Positions 10,200 to 19,904 of a DNA stretch of 64,000 bases are shown here, one piece after another. Under the pieces are notes generated by a model, which saw only the letters and a list, made by a program, of their open reading frames with translations, did no database searches and had not been told where the DNA came from. The stretch is from Gammaproteobacteria bacterium (ex Lamellibrachia satsuma). GTDB lineage: Bacteria; Pseudomonadota; Gammaproteobacteria; Chromatiales; Chromatiaceae. The stretch lies in assembly GCA_019623805.1 (NCBI GenBank), contig CP053680.1, positions 4,224,423 to 4,288,422 of the forward strand, read 5' to 3'. Position 1 is the stretch's first letter. Every line of letters begins with the position of its first letter. A program made the position numbers and the translations under genes.

Positions 10200-10555
10200 C
10201 TTATTTTTGTATATTTCAATAGGTTAAGTCGATTACCGCCCGCCTTGCCACTCCGCATAGTGATTTGGCGTTTGGAAACTGGCGACAAAGTACCATCGAA
10301 AACCCAAAAACGCCACAGCAACTGACACTGGCATGTAGTGAATGCCTATCAATCATTTGTTGCTTTCGGATCGTGAACCCTTACCAGGCCTTGTTCTAAG
10401 AAACCACATTGCATCGTCAACTGCTAGACACTGGCATGCAACTCCTTGATCTTATGCTCATCCTCCACCAGTTTCGACGTATGAGAGCTGCGCAAAGCAC
10501 TTTAAGGCCAAGTGTCCTCATGCTATGAAATGCCTGGTAAAAGACCAAAGAGTCA

Positions 10556-10823
10556 ATGGCGACCACAAGATCATTATATTTTCCGAATGGGCGCGCATGC
10601 TGCAGCTGGTCCGAGAGCAGGCTGGGAGATGGGGCTGGGACACGCCTGGCATACCAAAACACCATGAAGAGATCCGACGTTTCAAGGACGATCCCGATTG
10701 CCGGCTATTCCTCACCACCGACTCAGGCTCCGTAGGACTCAATCTTCAGGTGGCCGATGTAGTGATCAACCTGGATATGCCCTGGAATCCGGCAAAACTG
10801 GAACAACGCATCGCCCGTGCCTG
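10556..10823 (+). pseudogene. Internal fragment of SNF2 helicase (HELICc region)
   Basis: Near-identical to ~43685-43970 of the intact SNF2 (GDHKIIIFSEW...GSVGLNLQVADVVINLDMPWNPAKLEQRIARA); truncated at both ends. Confidence 0.9.
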
Positions 10824-11200
10824 ACGTGCCGGTGGCCAAGCCAGCCGGGATGGTCCTCTTGAAAATCATTGCATGGACGGACCGTACCAGAGATATGCGC
10901 AGAAAGGACGCGATAGATATCGCCTGTCTTCTTTCGACCTACGAACTGATCCCAGAGGTCAGTAACGCGCTGTATGATAGCAAGAATACGGAAATCATGG
11001 AGACCCACGGTTGGGACATCACCCAAGCCTGCGCTTTCCTTTTGAGTCAACACACAGCAGGAGATCACCAGGCTGACCAATGGGGAATTGAGTCCGTTGA
11101 ATCTTGATCGCCTTACTGAAGAGATGTGCGAACATATCAACATTCAGTATGAAAGGAACTGACTACTACTGGCGGCCTTCATGACCGCCTTCAAAAATTG
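10824..11200 (+). pseudogene. C-terminal remnant of a nucleotidyltransferase (AbiEii-like)
   Basis: VPVAKPAGMVLLKIIAWTDR...RRKDAIDIACLLSTY pattern; frameshifts and an internal stop towards 11200; fused to the SNF2 fragment. Confidence 0.55.
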
Positions 11201-11216
11201 AATAACAGGTCACCGC

Positions 11217-12287
11217 TCAAGATTCGTCATCATCACTTAATTTACTGGAGATCTGTCCAAGCTCATCGAAAACACCGGACGCCATGATAATTTTTTTCTT
11301 TTTCCTTAACTTTATTACCTTGGGATCAAAGTTCTCCATGATGTCCGCGTGCGCTTCATCCAGAAACGCAATAGTCAGGCCAGCTTCACGTTTAAGTAGA
11401 GTATCGGTTTCGGCAAGTGGCGTCAGGAGTGAGGCACAATCAGATAGATAATGTCTCCAACGGACACGCTGGAGGGACTCGGCGTTAGTAAAAATATAGG
11501 ATCGGCTGGGGTCATCGTCCCAATTCTCTTCCTTCATATAGACGGCCGGCTCCCAAGAAGCAAGCTCCTCTCCCAAAATATCGCGCCGCTCATCCTGGTA
11601 AGCCCACCAGCGGCGCTTCAGTTCATCAAGTTGGCCTTCGAGACCATTGGCATCGGTGCGCATGTCCCACAAAAAACCACCACCTTGCCGTTTGCCGTTG
11701 CTCTCCCCTTCGATCAATTCACTGGGGATCAGGTTATCGATATGGCCATTAGCGGCTTCTTCGATCTCTCCCATCAGGTGCGTCGTCAGCGAGGTTACCG
11801 TAGCGTAATATAACTGACCGTCGATCAGAAGGCGGATCCACCAGCCATGAGATATACCGTAGTAGCGCGAGCCTGCGTACTCTGAAAAGTCCCGAAATCT
11901 GGCGTGCTCCTGGAACAGATAGTCAGCATAGTCATATTCATAGAGCGTGGAGACATCCAGGATGCTGGTGCCGTCTTCCATGGATTCGTTCAGGTAGATG
12001 TGGTCTTCCCCTATACCACTAGTGAGTAGCATGGCCCAGTTGAGCGAATAAAGGTCAGAGATGGAAACAGCCTCCCAGGCATCGTTGGCCTCCTGTTCCG
12101 AATGGCACTCGATCCCGCGCAAGCTGGCCAGAAGTAAGTGCCGAATGCGATATATCACATCATCGCCCATCGTGGCTCGAAATATCTCCTGTTGCTCATG
12201 AGACCAGGAATAAAAGGTGGGATCTGCAGCGATTAAGGCTCTACGAGCTGCGGCTACTATATCGGATTTGCGGTAAGGGTGTGACAT
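11217..12287 (-). CDS. Hypothetical protein (356 aa, acidic, Trp/Tyr-rich)
   Basis: Long ORF with protein-like composition; no motif recognised. Confidence 0.7.
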   Translation of the reverse strand: MSHPYRKSDIVAAARRALIAADPTFYSWSHEQQEIFRATMGDDVIYRIRHLLLASLRGIECHSEQEANDAWEAVSISDLYSLNWAMLLTSGIGEDHIYLNESMEDGTSILDVSTLYEYDYADYLFQEHARFRDFSEYAGSRYYGISHGWWIRLLIDGQLYYATVTSLTTHLMGEIEEAANGHIDNLIPSELIEGESNGKRQGGGFLWDMRTDANGLEGQLDELKRRWWAYQDERRDILGEELASWEPAVYMKEENWDDDPSRSYIFTNAESLQRVRWRHYLSDCASLLTPLAETDTLLKREAGLTIAFLDEAHADIMENFDPKVIKLRKKKKIIMASGVFDELGQISSKLSDDDES

Positions 12288-13179
12288 AAGGTGAACTCAA
12301 CAACAATCCACCAAATATAGGAGAGAGCAACTTTGGCCGCATCGAGCACTGGTGCACATCTTAGACTTACCCTGGTAACTTACAATTGCAACATCGTCTG
12401 AAGATGCCAGCCCAAATTACTACAAATTAGACGACATATTACTGAAAAGGTCTACACCTATGGTTATCATGTGACGACTTCGGCCAATCTTTAAGATAGT
12501 TTGATCGAAAGCGCCAAGGCGTAACGACGGCGGAGCACTGTTATTCTTCAACATTAGTGCCAAACAACTGTTGGCCCCCTCGATACCAGCTACCGTGTAG
12601 CCACAACGACCAAGCAAAGAAGAAAGCCCACTCCAATCCTTGGAGCGGGCCTTCGAGAGGTCGGCACCTTCCCTGGTGCCTGGCCAGCCGTCATCCATGA
12701 GCCTGACCTTAATACAAGGGGGTGCATCCTTGCGCCCATCCGATCTTTATCGGCTGTCCTTGCTGGGAATTAATATACTATCCCGCATCGAGAAAACGCA
12801 TCAGCAATATCCTTCCTATCTGTAGGAATTGTCTGAAAAGCCGTGTTTTAGGCAATGTGGCCACACCGCCCTGCCTATCTACATTATGTTGATAAGGGGC
12901 GCTCTACTTCAGCCCACAAACAGGTAATGGCCCTGCTGTATCAAATATTGGCGCTGAAAGTCTGGCGTGAAGCCCTGCCCCCGGTACCACTTCGCCACAT
13001 CATTTCAAGCTTGATGCTGGCGATAAAGCTTCGTCCATCGCCACTCTAACCATGCGCCTAACAGAGACTGCGCACCTTTGCTTCACTCTCCATTGCACGC
13101 AGCCAAGCATAAAATTCCTACTCTCTACTTATCCAACTCCCTTTCGACTGTTGCCGCGTGAATAGTAATTCGCCAGGAA

Positions 13180-13219
13180 CAAGTTATACGGAGAATACTG
13201 ATTCATTCCGTATAACTTG
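13180..13219. repeat. Perfect 13-bp inverted repeat with 14-bp spacer
   Basis: CAAGTTATACGGA (13180-13192) ... TCCGTATAACTTG (13207-13219). Confidence 0.8.
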
Positions 13220-13455
13220 CAATCTGAATCAGTGAGTTATGATTGAGCAGAGCGAAGCGAATTATACCGCCCATTCTGGATTGCACTGTCCCATGTCATC
13301 TTCTTGAGCTCATTATTTGCGCTTTAACTTTTTTCTGTCTGATCGGTTGCAAGGTTGGCTGCTTGGGTGAATGCCTGCATAGTCCGTTGGCGAAGATTGA
13401 GCTTACCTCCGGTATTTTCCCAGACGAAATTGGCAGCAAACTTTGACACTACGGT

Positions 13456-14454
13456 ATGGGATACAAAAAGCACGGCAAACATCTGACCTTGATCCCATTC
13501 ACTCTTCGAAAGACCGATGAACAGCTGGTTGACGTCTCCAAAGTTCAAAAAGGGAAAGAATGCGGCTGTGTGTGCCCATCGTGCCATGCACCATTGATCG
13601 CACGGAAGGGGGAGATCAATCAATGGCACTTTGCCCATGCATTACGGGGATTTGAAGGGAATAAGGTTGAGCAATGCGAGTACTCTTTCTACCTCTCGGT
13701 TGCACTAATGGCCAAACAGCTGTTCCAAAAATGTGATTCCATCAGGTTACCAGATTACATCCATGCCCATTCCGTGTACAGCCGTTACTCCCATCAAGTG
13801 TACAAACGCTCCATAAAACTTACCAAAGGGCGCAGAATTTCGCCAGAGTACTGGCTGGCAGATCATAGACTCAATGGGATAACAGTGGACGCAGTGTGCC
13901 AAATTGCAGGGGTAAAACTCGGAATCATTCTGAAACGTCCAGATAAAAAGGTCCTGATCAATGCAGCAAATTTTGAGGGTAAACGGGTCGGGGTTGTCCA
14001 GGTTGATCTGTTGGAGACACTGCGTATTTTCCGAAACATAACGCTAAGTCGGAAAGTGGGTGGTTTTCAACAGGCGCTCAGACATTTTCTATTTGACCGA
14101 ATAGACAATAAGCAGTGGATTTACTACCCACGCCAGGAGATCCGCATTGTAGTGATGCAACAGGAACTATCGGCACAGATTGATAAAGATGAGGCCAAAA
14201 TCAAAGCAAATAAAGCAAAGACACAGATAAAGATGCATACGGAATCTGTATTTGATGGCGGCACATTGACTGAAGCACACCCATCCGATTCAATATAAAT
14301 ACCAAGGAAGCCACCCAAGCCGGAAGTTAACCTCGGGGAACCTGTCCGGTATGAATGCGTGCTCTGTGAAGAGACCTGGACTGGCACAGAAAGAGGGGTC
14401 AATCCCTGTCCGAAATGTCACAGTCACCTGTACAGGAGGTCATTGAGAGATTGA
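13456..14454 (+). pseudogene. CoiA-like Zn-finger/putative nuclease protein with an in-frame TAA at 14296-14298
   Basis: N-terminal C-x-C-P-x-C...HFAH (CoiA-type). The same frame continues past the stop for 51 codons with CVLC...CPKC to TGA at 14454. Confidence 0.6.
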
Positions 14455-14519
14455 CCGGTAGAGCATCAGATAGCGCGCCATGCCGCTAGCGCTGTTTCCT
14501 CGATGTGCGCTTGAATGGC

Positions 14520-15473
14520 CCAAGCACGAGCTGTTTTCAGTGTGCTGTCGCGCAATACCTTGAACCGACCCTTCTTGTTTGCGCGTAATGTTCTCAGGGT
14601 TGTAGAGCCAGTCATACTTGCTTCCTTTGAGGTCTTGATAGCCTTCTGCGATCAATGCCTTGTGTTCTTCGCGGCGAACTTTGTCTACGGCTTCACCGAG
14701 ATATTTGGCAACATGGAATTTATCAAAGGCGATTTTCTCCTCAGCTTCAGGTAGGCTTTCCAGTGTGGCATTGATAAAGGCTGGCCACATATCCATGGAA
14801 ACACTCTCTATCGCCTCTCGCAGTTCTTCTGTCAGACTGTCATACCACGCCTTGAGTGTCGCCTTCTTGCGGTCACTACCAACGTGTAGCAATGTTCCTA
14901 CCTCTTGGTCTGATACAACTGTCACGTAATCATGGCGCTTCTTGAAAGCCGTTTCATCAACGCCAATATGCGTCGGGTAGATCTCTTCTCTGCGAGCCAG
15001 TCCTCGCTCAACCGATCGCTGCATGATCCCATCTATGGCATTCCAGCTCAGCCCCATCAATCGGGAAACCGCAGAGATGGATGCCTCTTTCAACCAATCA
15101 ATCACCAGCGCCTCAAACATTGCCGTAAAGCCAGAGCCAGGTTCGGCCCAGGGAACTGACATTGTGACCACACCATGCTCTTCGCACTTCACTCTGGGAA
15201 CATCCGCCACCAGAATGATCTTGTACTGACAGCTATCCAAGTGTCTCCAGCGGCGTTTGCATGAATCATAGCCTGGTGAGATCTGTCAGCAGGTTGGGCA
15301 ACACAGCTTGGCTCCTTCCTCCTGCTCTACGTGGACCGTTACCTCACCTTCTGACACAGCCAGCTCTACTCTGCTAACCTGCAGGGACTCTTGATACCCA
15401 AAATCTGGGCGTATAGATCTTTCTCTCTCATAGTGGATTACGCTAACCTGCCCACCTGATCAGGGGAAGAGCC
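14520..15473 (-). mobile_element. Truncated ISL3-family element; transposase pseudogene
   Basis: Left end GGCTCTTCCCC at 15473; ATG 15431 MREKDLYAQILG...; WRHLD, VPWAEPGSGFT, IGVDE, FDKFHV; frameshift and stop near the 5' end; breaks off after TARAWAI; no right IR. Confidence 0.85.
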
Positions 15474-15558
15474 GAAAAGTATAGCAGTAAATATCAATCA
15501 CACAGAGGCATGGAAAGGTAGAAATCAGAGTAATATCGAAAAGAACATCAGGTACCGT

Positions 15559-16599
15559 TCATACATCAGGAACCTGCCTGACAACCTGCCACTCCCCTCC
15601 CGCCATTCGGCACATTCCATAACGAAACGGCGGCGGTATCAGCGGCAGCATATAACGGGAATCGGCAAACCAGGCACAAAACCGCTCTTCTTCCTGACTG
15701 ACACCGTAGAGGAGAGGGATCTGTGCAAACCGGCGATAGCGGGAAAATTCTTCCTGCGCCCATGCCTGACGTACCAGTGCTTGTATATTGGGCTCATCCC
15801 CATAACGGGTCTCCTGTTGCCACACTAACTGCGTTAAAGGACGGTAGGCTGCAACGAGTCTGGACAGTACCCCTGCACGTTCATTTACATCCACCATGAG
15901 ATCGAAAGAGAAAAGATCTGCATATGCGATGTGGTACCTATCGCTTTCATTCACAATAAGTTTCCAGTGGGCAGGTGAGAACGGCTGCGGAAGAACCGTT
16001 ATTTTGGCCTCTCTGAAACCCTCCTGTGTGCTGTATGTTTTGGCAATCTGGTATGCCTGATGCTGCAGCAGGCCCTGCAGCCCAAGATAAAGGATCATGA
16101 CGGCTACTCCTAATCGTGCAAACCTTTCCGATCTACAGTAGACCTTAGATGCCAGCCCCATAACCACAATACCGGTAAACAGGGGATCAATCACAAACGT
16201 CGTCGCGAGCACTGCCCGGTAATCGGACAGGGGCCAAAAAATCTGTGTCCCCCAGGGAGTGATAATGTCAGTAAGGATATGAGAAGTCAGAGCAATAGCG
16301 GCGATCGCAGTGTAGAGCCCCCGATGCTGTAATTGGCCGCCAAAAGCAGCAAACAACCAGCCCAACAGGAGCGCCCACACTGGCAGCATTAAAAATGAGT
16401 GGGTTGGCCCCCGGTGCCAATCTGTTATAAACGAAAGTGGATCGAACAATATTCCAACGTAATCAATGTCTGGAAAGGCTGCTGCCAGACAGGTAACTGT
16501 CAAGAGACGCGCCCGGCTGGGCAGGGATAGCGCCAGCGGCTTAAGTAGCCCCGTTTGGATTGCGAGTACACCGACAAGGGTGTGGGTGATGGTGTCCAT
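15559..16599 (-). CDS. Membrane-bound metal-dependent hydrolase (YdjM/LexA-binding type)
   Basis: MDTITH, PDID, HRGPTHS, SHILTDIITPWG motifs. Confidence 0.85.
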   Translation of the reverse strand: MDTITHTLVGVLAIQTGLLKPLALSLPSRARLLTVTCLAAAFPDIDYVGILFDPLSFITDWHRGPTHSFLMLPVWALLLGWLFAAFGGQLQHRGLYTAIAAIALTSHILTDIITPWGTQIFWPLSDYRAVLATTFVIDPLFTGIVVMGLASKVYCRSERFARLGVAVMILYLGLQGLLQHQAYQIAKTYSTQEGFREAKITVLPQPFSPAHWKLIVNESDRYHIAYADLFSFDLMVDVNERAGVLSRLVAAYRPLTQLVWQQETRYGDEPNIQALVRQAWAQEEFSRYRRFAQIPLLYGVSQEEERFCAWFADSRYMLPLIPPPFRYGMCRMAGGEWQVVRQVPDV

Positions 16600-16636
16600 C
16601 TATCAGTTGAAAGTATACTGGCAGCCACACCACCTT

Positions 16637-17302
16637 CTAGCCCACACTCTTGGAGAGTTCGGGAGTCGGCGGATGCTCTTTGGGAGTGAACCATTTGAGT
16701 CTGTTGATCAGGCTTTCTGCACGAAGCAGCTGTCGTTCAAGAAAGACTTGGGTTCTTTTCGACTCAAAAGAATCATCACCTAACCAGTAGATGAAAGTAG
16801 CAACATAAAGAGAGGTTAATCCTACCTCCTCAGAGATCCTGCAGAAGTGGGTTGTGTTACTCATGATAGCCTCACGCATCCATTGAACCGTTCGGCTGAT
16901 TCGCAACAAGCCCAAAACCTGCAAATGGATATGTGCAGGCTCCAATTTATAGAGCAGCATGTCGCCGGTTACTTTTCTATACGGCGCCAAGCTGCTCAAC
17001 CAAGCCATGTAGACCTGCTTTATACGTTCACGGATCGGGTATTGTTGCAATTGCCCGCTGGATGCGAAAAGAAGCATGGCTTGATCAGCTCGATCAAACC
17101 AGGCATCCACCAGATCATCTTTCTGTGGGTAGTATTGCCGAATATCGTCTAGAGAGATCTCCAGTGCTTCGGCAATCTCATACAGCCGTAGCGTCTCCCA
17201 CGACTTGTAGCCTGCAAGCTCCAGGGCTTTATCAAGAATTAACTGGGAAATGTCTGCATGGTTATTCATGCATCGGGTTACCTGAGTCGGAAAAACAACC
17301 AC
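16637..17302 (-). CDS. TetR/AcrR-family regulator (COQ9-like C-terminus)
   Basis: ILDKALELA...LYEIAEALEISLDDIRQYYPQKDDL HTH. Confidence 0.75.
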   Translation of the reverse strand: MVVFPTQVTRCMNNHADISQLILDKALELAGYKSWETLRLYEIAEALEISLDDIRQYYPQKDDLVDAWFDRADQAMLLFASSGQLQQYPIRERIKQVYMAWLSSLAPYRKVTGDMLLYKLEPAHIHLQVLGLLRISRTVQWMREAIMSNTTHFCRISEEVGLTSLYVATFIYWLGDDSFESKRTQVFLERQLLRAESLINRLKWFTPKEHPPTPELSKSVG

Positions 17303-17512
17303 TAAATCTCTTTTAAGCTCATAATATCAAACACTTCATCTCCTCCCATCGTCTATGCGGATGAAATGTATCTATTGATAACGAAAGTATAGTTCAAGAA
17401 AAAAACCTCCAAGGTCCCTAAAACCCTATGTTGAACAGCTAATTACCTACAAATGACGGGGTATCTGCCATGTCCATGGCGGATTAAACAAAGATTCTCT
17501 AAGCTAACCATT

Positions 17513-18394
17513 ATGTTAACGATACTTTTTATCGGTTCATTAAGTATCCAGTCACTGGTTACTCTGAAGGCGCTACTCAACTCCGGCCACAGTGTAGGAG
17601 TAATCGCCATAGCAGATTCCGCTGTGGGATTGAAAAAAGCATCTCTATCTACCCGGCCCTATATTCCGGTTTTATTGAAACATGCGAATGACTCCATCCT
17701 GAGTGTGGCCACAATACACGGCATCCCTGTGATACTCCTGGATCGCCAAGATACCGGAGAACGTTTACAACCCTATGCTTTGGATGTAGGAATCGTCTCC
17801 TGCTTTCCACACCAGTTGCAAAACAGCCTACTACAAATTCCAAGATTGGGTTGCTATAACCTGCACCCTTCCCTGCTGCCGCAATACCGTGGCCCATCAC
17901 CCCTTTTCTGGCAATTCAGAAATGGCGAATCGAAAATAGGGATAACTTTGCACAGAATGGTTCAGCTAATTGATGCCGGCCCTATTGTTGCCTGGGAGCA
18001 GGTGCCGGTGATTGACGGCATCTCCGAAACAGATCTGAAACGATTGTGCGCAACCGTTGGCAACGCATTGATTCAAACGCTGTTACAACAGTTGGAGTCG
18101 GGGAGCTTATGCCTGACCACCCAGGATGAGCAACAGGCAAGCTGTCACAGCTGGCCTGGGGAAGAGGATTTCCATATCACAACGGAGTGGTCGGCAAGGC
18201 GGGTCCACAATTTCATCTGTGGTACCCGGCATTGGGGGAATCCATATATCCTGCAACTCGGCAGACATCGTTTCTCAATTGTCTCAACGGAAGGGTTCTC
18301 CCGGCACACCCTGCCGGATAAAGACTACAAAGTGGACGGCATTTGGCTAAAGTTCAACTGCTATGATGGTTGTGTAACGGCACGAATTTGCTGA
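17513..18394 (+). CDS. 10-formyl-THF-dependent formyltransferase (Fmt-like)
   Basis: NLHPSLLPQYRGPSP, GITLHRM, DAGPI. Start set at ATG 17513. Confidence 0.85.
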   Translation: MLTILFIGSLSIQSLVTLKALLNSGHSVGVIAIADSAVGLKKASLSTRPYIPVLLKHANDSILSVATIHGIPVILLDRQDTGERLQPYALDVGIVSCFPHQLQNSLLQIPRLGCYNLHPSLLPQYRGPSPLFWQFRNGESKIGITLHRMVQLIDAGPIVAWEQVPVIDGISETDLKRLCATVGNALIQTLLQQLESGSLCLTTQDEQQASCHSWPGEEDFHITTEWSARRVHNFICGTRHWGNPYILQLGRHRFSIVSTEGFSRHTLPDKDYKVDGIWLKFNCYDGCVTARIC

Positions 18395-18451
18395 TTGATC
18401 AACTCAGAAATCCAATGATTCACCACCATCAGCAGTAATGGACAGTGAATA

Positions 18452-19507
18452 ATGCACAGCAATGCACCTGAACTCTACCGACTGATAGAGACAGTTCTAC
18501 AGGAGAGACTGGACAATGGCACAACCCGCTGCCACCTCTGCCCCTGGCGTTGCAAGATCAGCCATGGCCAGCGCGGCTTTTGTCAAGCCCATGTCAATCG
18601 AAACGGCACCCTCTACAATCTCTCCTACGGCATCCTCTCCGCCATCCATGTCAATCCGATAGAAGAGAAACCGGTACGACATTACCGGCCGGGCACCCAG
18701 GTCCTGTCAGTCGGCAGCTACGGCTGCAGTTTTCGTTGTGGCGGCTGCCATAACCTGGATATCTCCTGGGGCGTGACCGCGCTGGAAGACCTGGCCCGGG
18801 GCGAATCAACAGCCGCCTATGTTCGGCCCGAAGAGCTGGTCGGTATCGCCCTTCGACAGGGGGTTCAGGGCATCGCCTTCACCTATTCCGAACCGGCAGT
18901 CTGGCTGGAATATGTAATCGACGTATGTGAGCAAGCCCATCAGGCTGGTCTCTACACCGTCTACGTCTCGAACAGTTTCGTCACAGAAGAGGCGCTGGAG
19001 CTGGTTGCACCCCATCTCGACGTGCTCTGTTCCGACGTCAAGAGCCTGCACGATGACTTTTACCATGCCATCTGCCCTACCGCCAAGGTCAGCGAGATCC
19101 TCGCCACGATCGAGAGGGCGCAGGAACTGGGTATCCACGTCGAGACCCGCTCCAACCTGATCCCTGGCAGAAACGATGACCCTGATGAGTTGTATCGAAT
19201 CGCCTGCTGGGTGCGGGAACACCTGGGCGAGACCAGCCCCTGGCATATCACCAAATTCTTTCCTGCCTACAAGCTCAGCCATCTGCCGGAAACCCCGAAT
19301 AAAACCCTGTGGTCAGCCTATGAACAGGCCCAGCGTGCCGGGCTGAAAAATGTCTATGTCTACCCTGACAAGGGCTGCGACTGCGCAACAGAGAATCGTC
19401 CTCTAGACGACTATCTGGAGGGAGATGTGGGCGATCTCCAGACTGTGAAAAAATGCAGCGCAAACTGCTGCGGTAGTGAAGGTGTATTGTTGAGAAAATA
19501 TGAGTGA
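18452..19507 (+). CDS. Radical SAM enzyme, AmmeMemoRadiSam (AmrS)-like, with Cys-rich tail
   Basis: CHLCPWRC...C N-terminal cluster, PIEEKP, CSFRCGGC (CxxxCxxC), TYSEP, FFPAYKL; tail GCDC...CSANCCG. Confidence 0.85.
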   Translation: MHSNAPELYRLIETVLQERLDNGTTRCHLCPWRCKISHGQRGFCQAHVNRNGTLYNLSYGILSAIHVNPIEEKPVRHYRPGTQVLSVGSYGCSFRCGGCHNLDISWGVTALEDLARGESTAAYVRPEELVGIALRQGVQGIAFTYSEPAVWLEYVIDVCEQAHQAGLYTVYVSNSFVTEEALELVAPHLDVLCSDVKSLHDDFYHAICPTAKVSEILATIERAQELGIHVETRSNLIPGRNDDPDELYRIACWVREHLGETSPWHITKFFPAYKLSHLPETPNKTLWSAYEQAQRAGLKNVYVYPDKGCDCATENRPLDDYLEGDVGDLQTVKKCSANCCGSEGVLLRKYE

Positions 19508-19602
19508 AGCCACACACAATTCATAATTGAGAGAGCATTTTGAAACTGTCACTGTTATTTAATTTTTCAAGGATTCAGAATTTCTTTACGAGAACTGACA
19601 AT

Positions 19603-19890
19603 ATGCCAAAAATGGTCGACTGTGTTGTCCTGAAGCGACCTTCAGAGAGCCTCGACAAGCCACCGCACCCGGGAGAACTGGGGCAGCGTGTTTATCAGCA
19701 CGTCTCCAAAGAAGGTTGGAAGAAATGGCTGGAGCGTCTCACCACGATCATTAATGAAAACGGCTTGAGCACTGCCGATCCAAAGGATATACGCTTGATC
19801 GAAAGGCACATGGTGGGTTTTCTGTTTGGAGAAGGTGATATGGGTCAACTGCCCGCGGGATTTCGGGCCGGTGGTGGTGGTAAAAAATAG
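19603..19890 (+). CDS. yggX: Fe(II)-trafficking/oxidative-damage protection protein (YggX family)
   Basis: MVDCVVL...PGELGQRVYQHVSKEGW...IINENGL...FLF. Confidence 0.8.
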   Translation: MPKMVDCVVLKRPSESLDKPPHPGELGQRVYQHVSKEGWKKWLERLTTIINENGLSTADPKDIRLIERHMVGFLFGEGDMGQLPAGFRAGGGGKK

Positions 19891-19904
19891 TAAACAGTGG
19901 AACC

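Noticed and set aside
10470-10555. HFKAKCPHAMKCLVKDQ resembles an IS256 transposase segment at the SNF2 fragment junction
   Set aside because: Only ~25 codons, with no ends or DDE context.
12290-12830. Possible group II intron or integron attC remnants
   Set aside because: No domain V/VI consensus, RT motif, or RYYYAAC...GTTRRRY structure found.
12855-13049. 64-aa ORF with weak resemblance to integrase segments (STSAHKQVMALLY; PLRHIISSLM)
   Set aside because: Motifs are too short and wrongly spaced, and the opposite strand reads equally protein-like (WYRGQGF). It cannot be called the missing integrase without a profile search.
19495-19510. TGA stop of the Cys-tailed radical SAM as possible selenocysteine
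   Set aside because: The TGA follows KYE, is not in a redox motif, and no SECIS-like hairpin or convincing downstream coding frame is evident.
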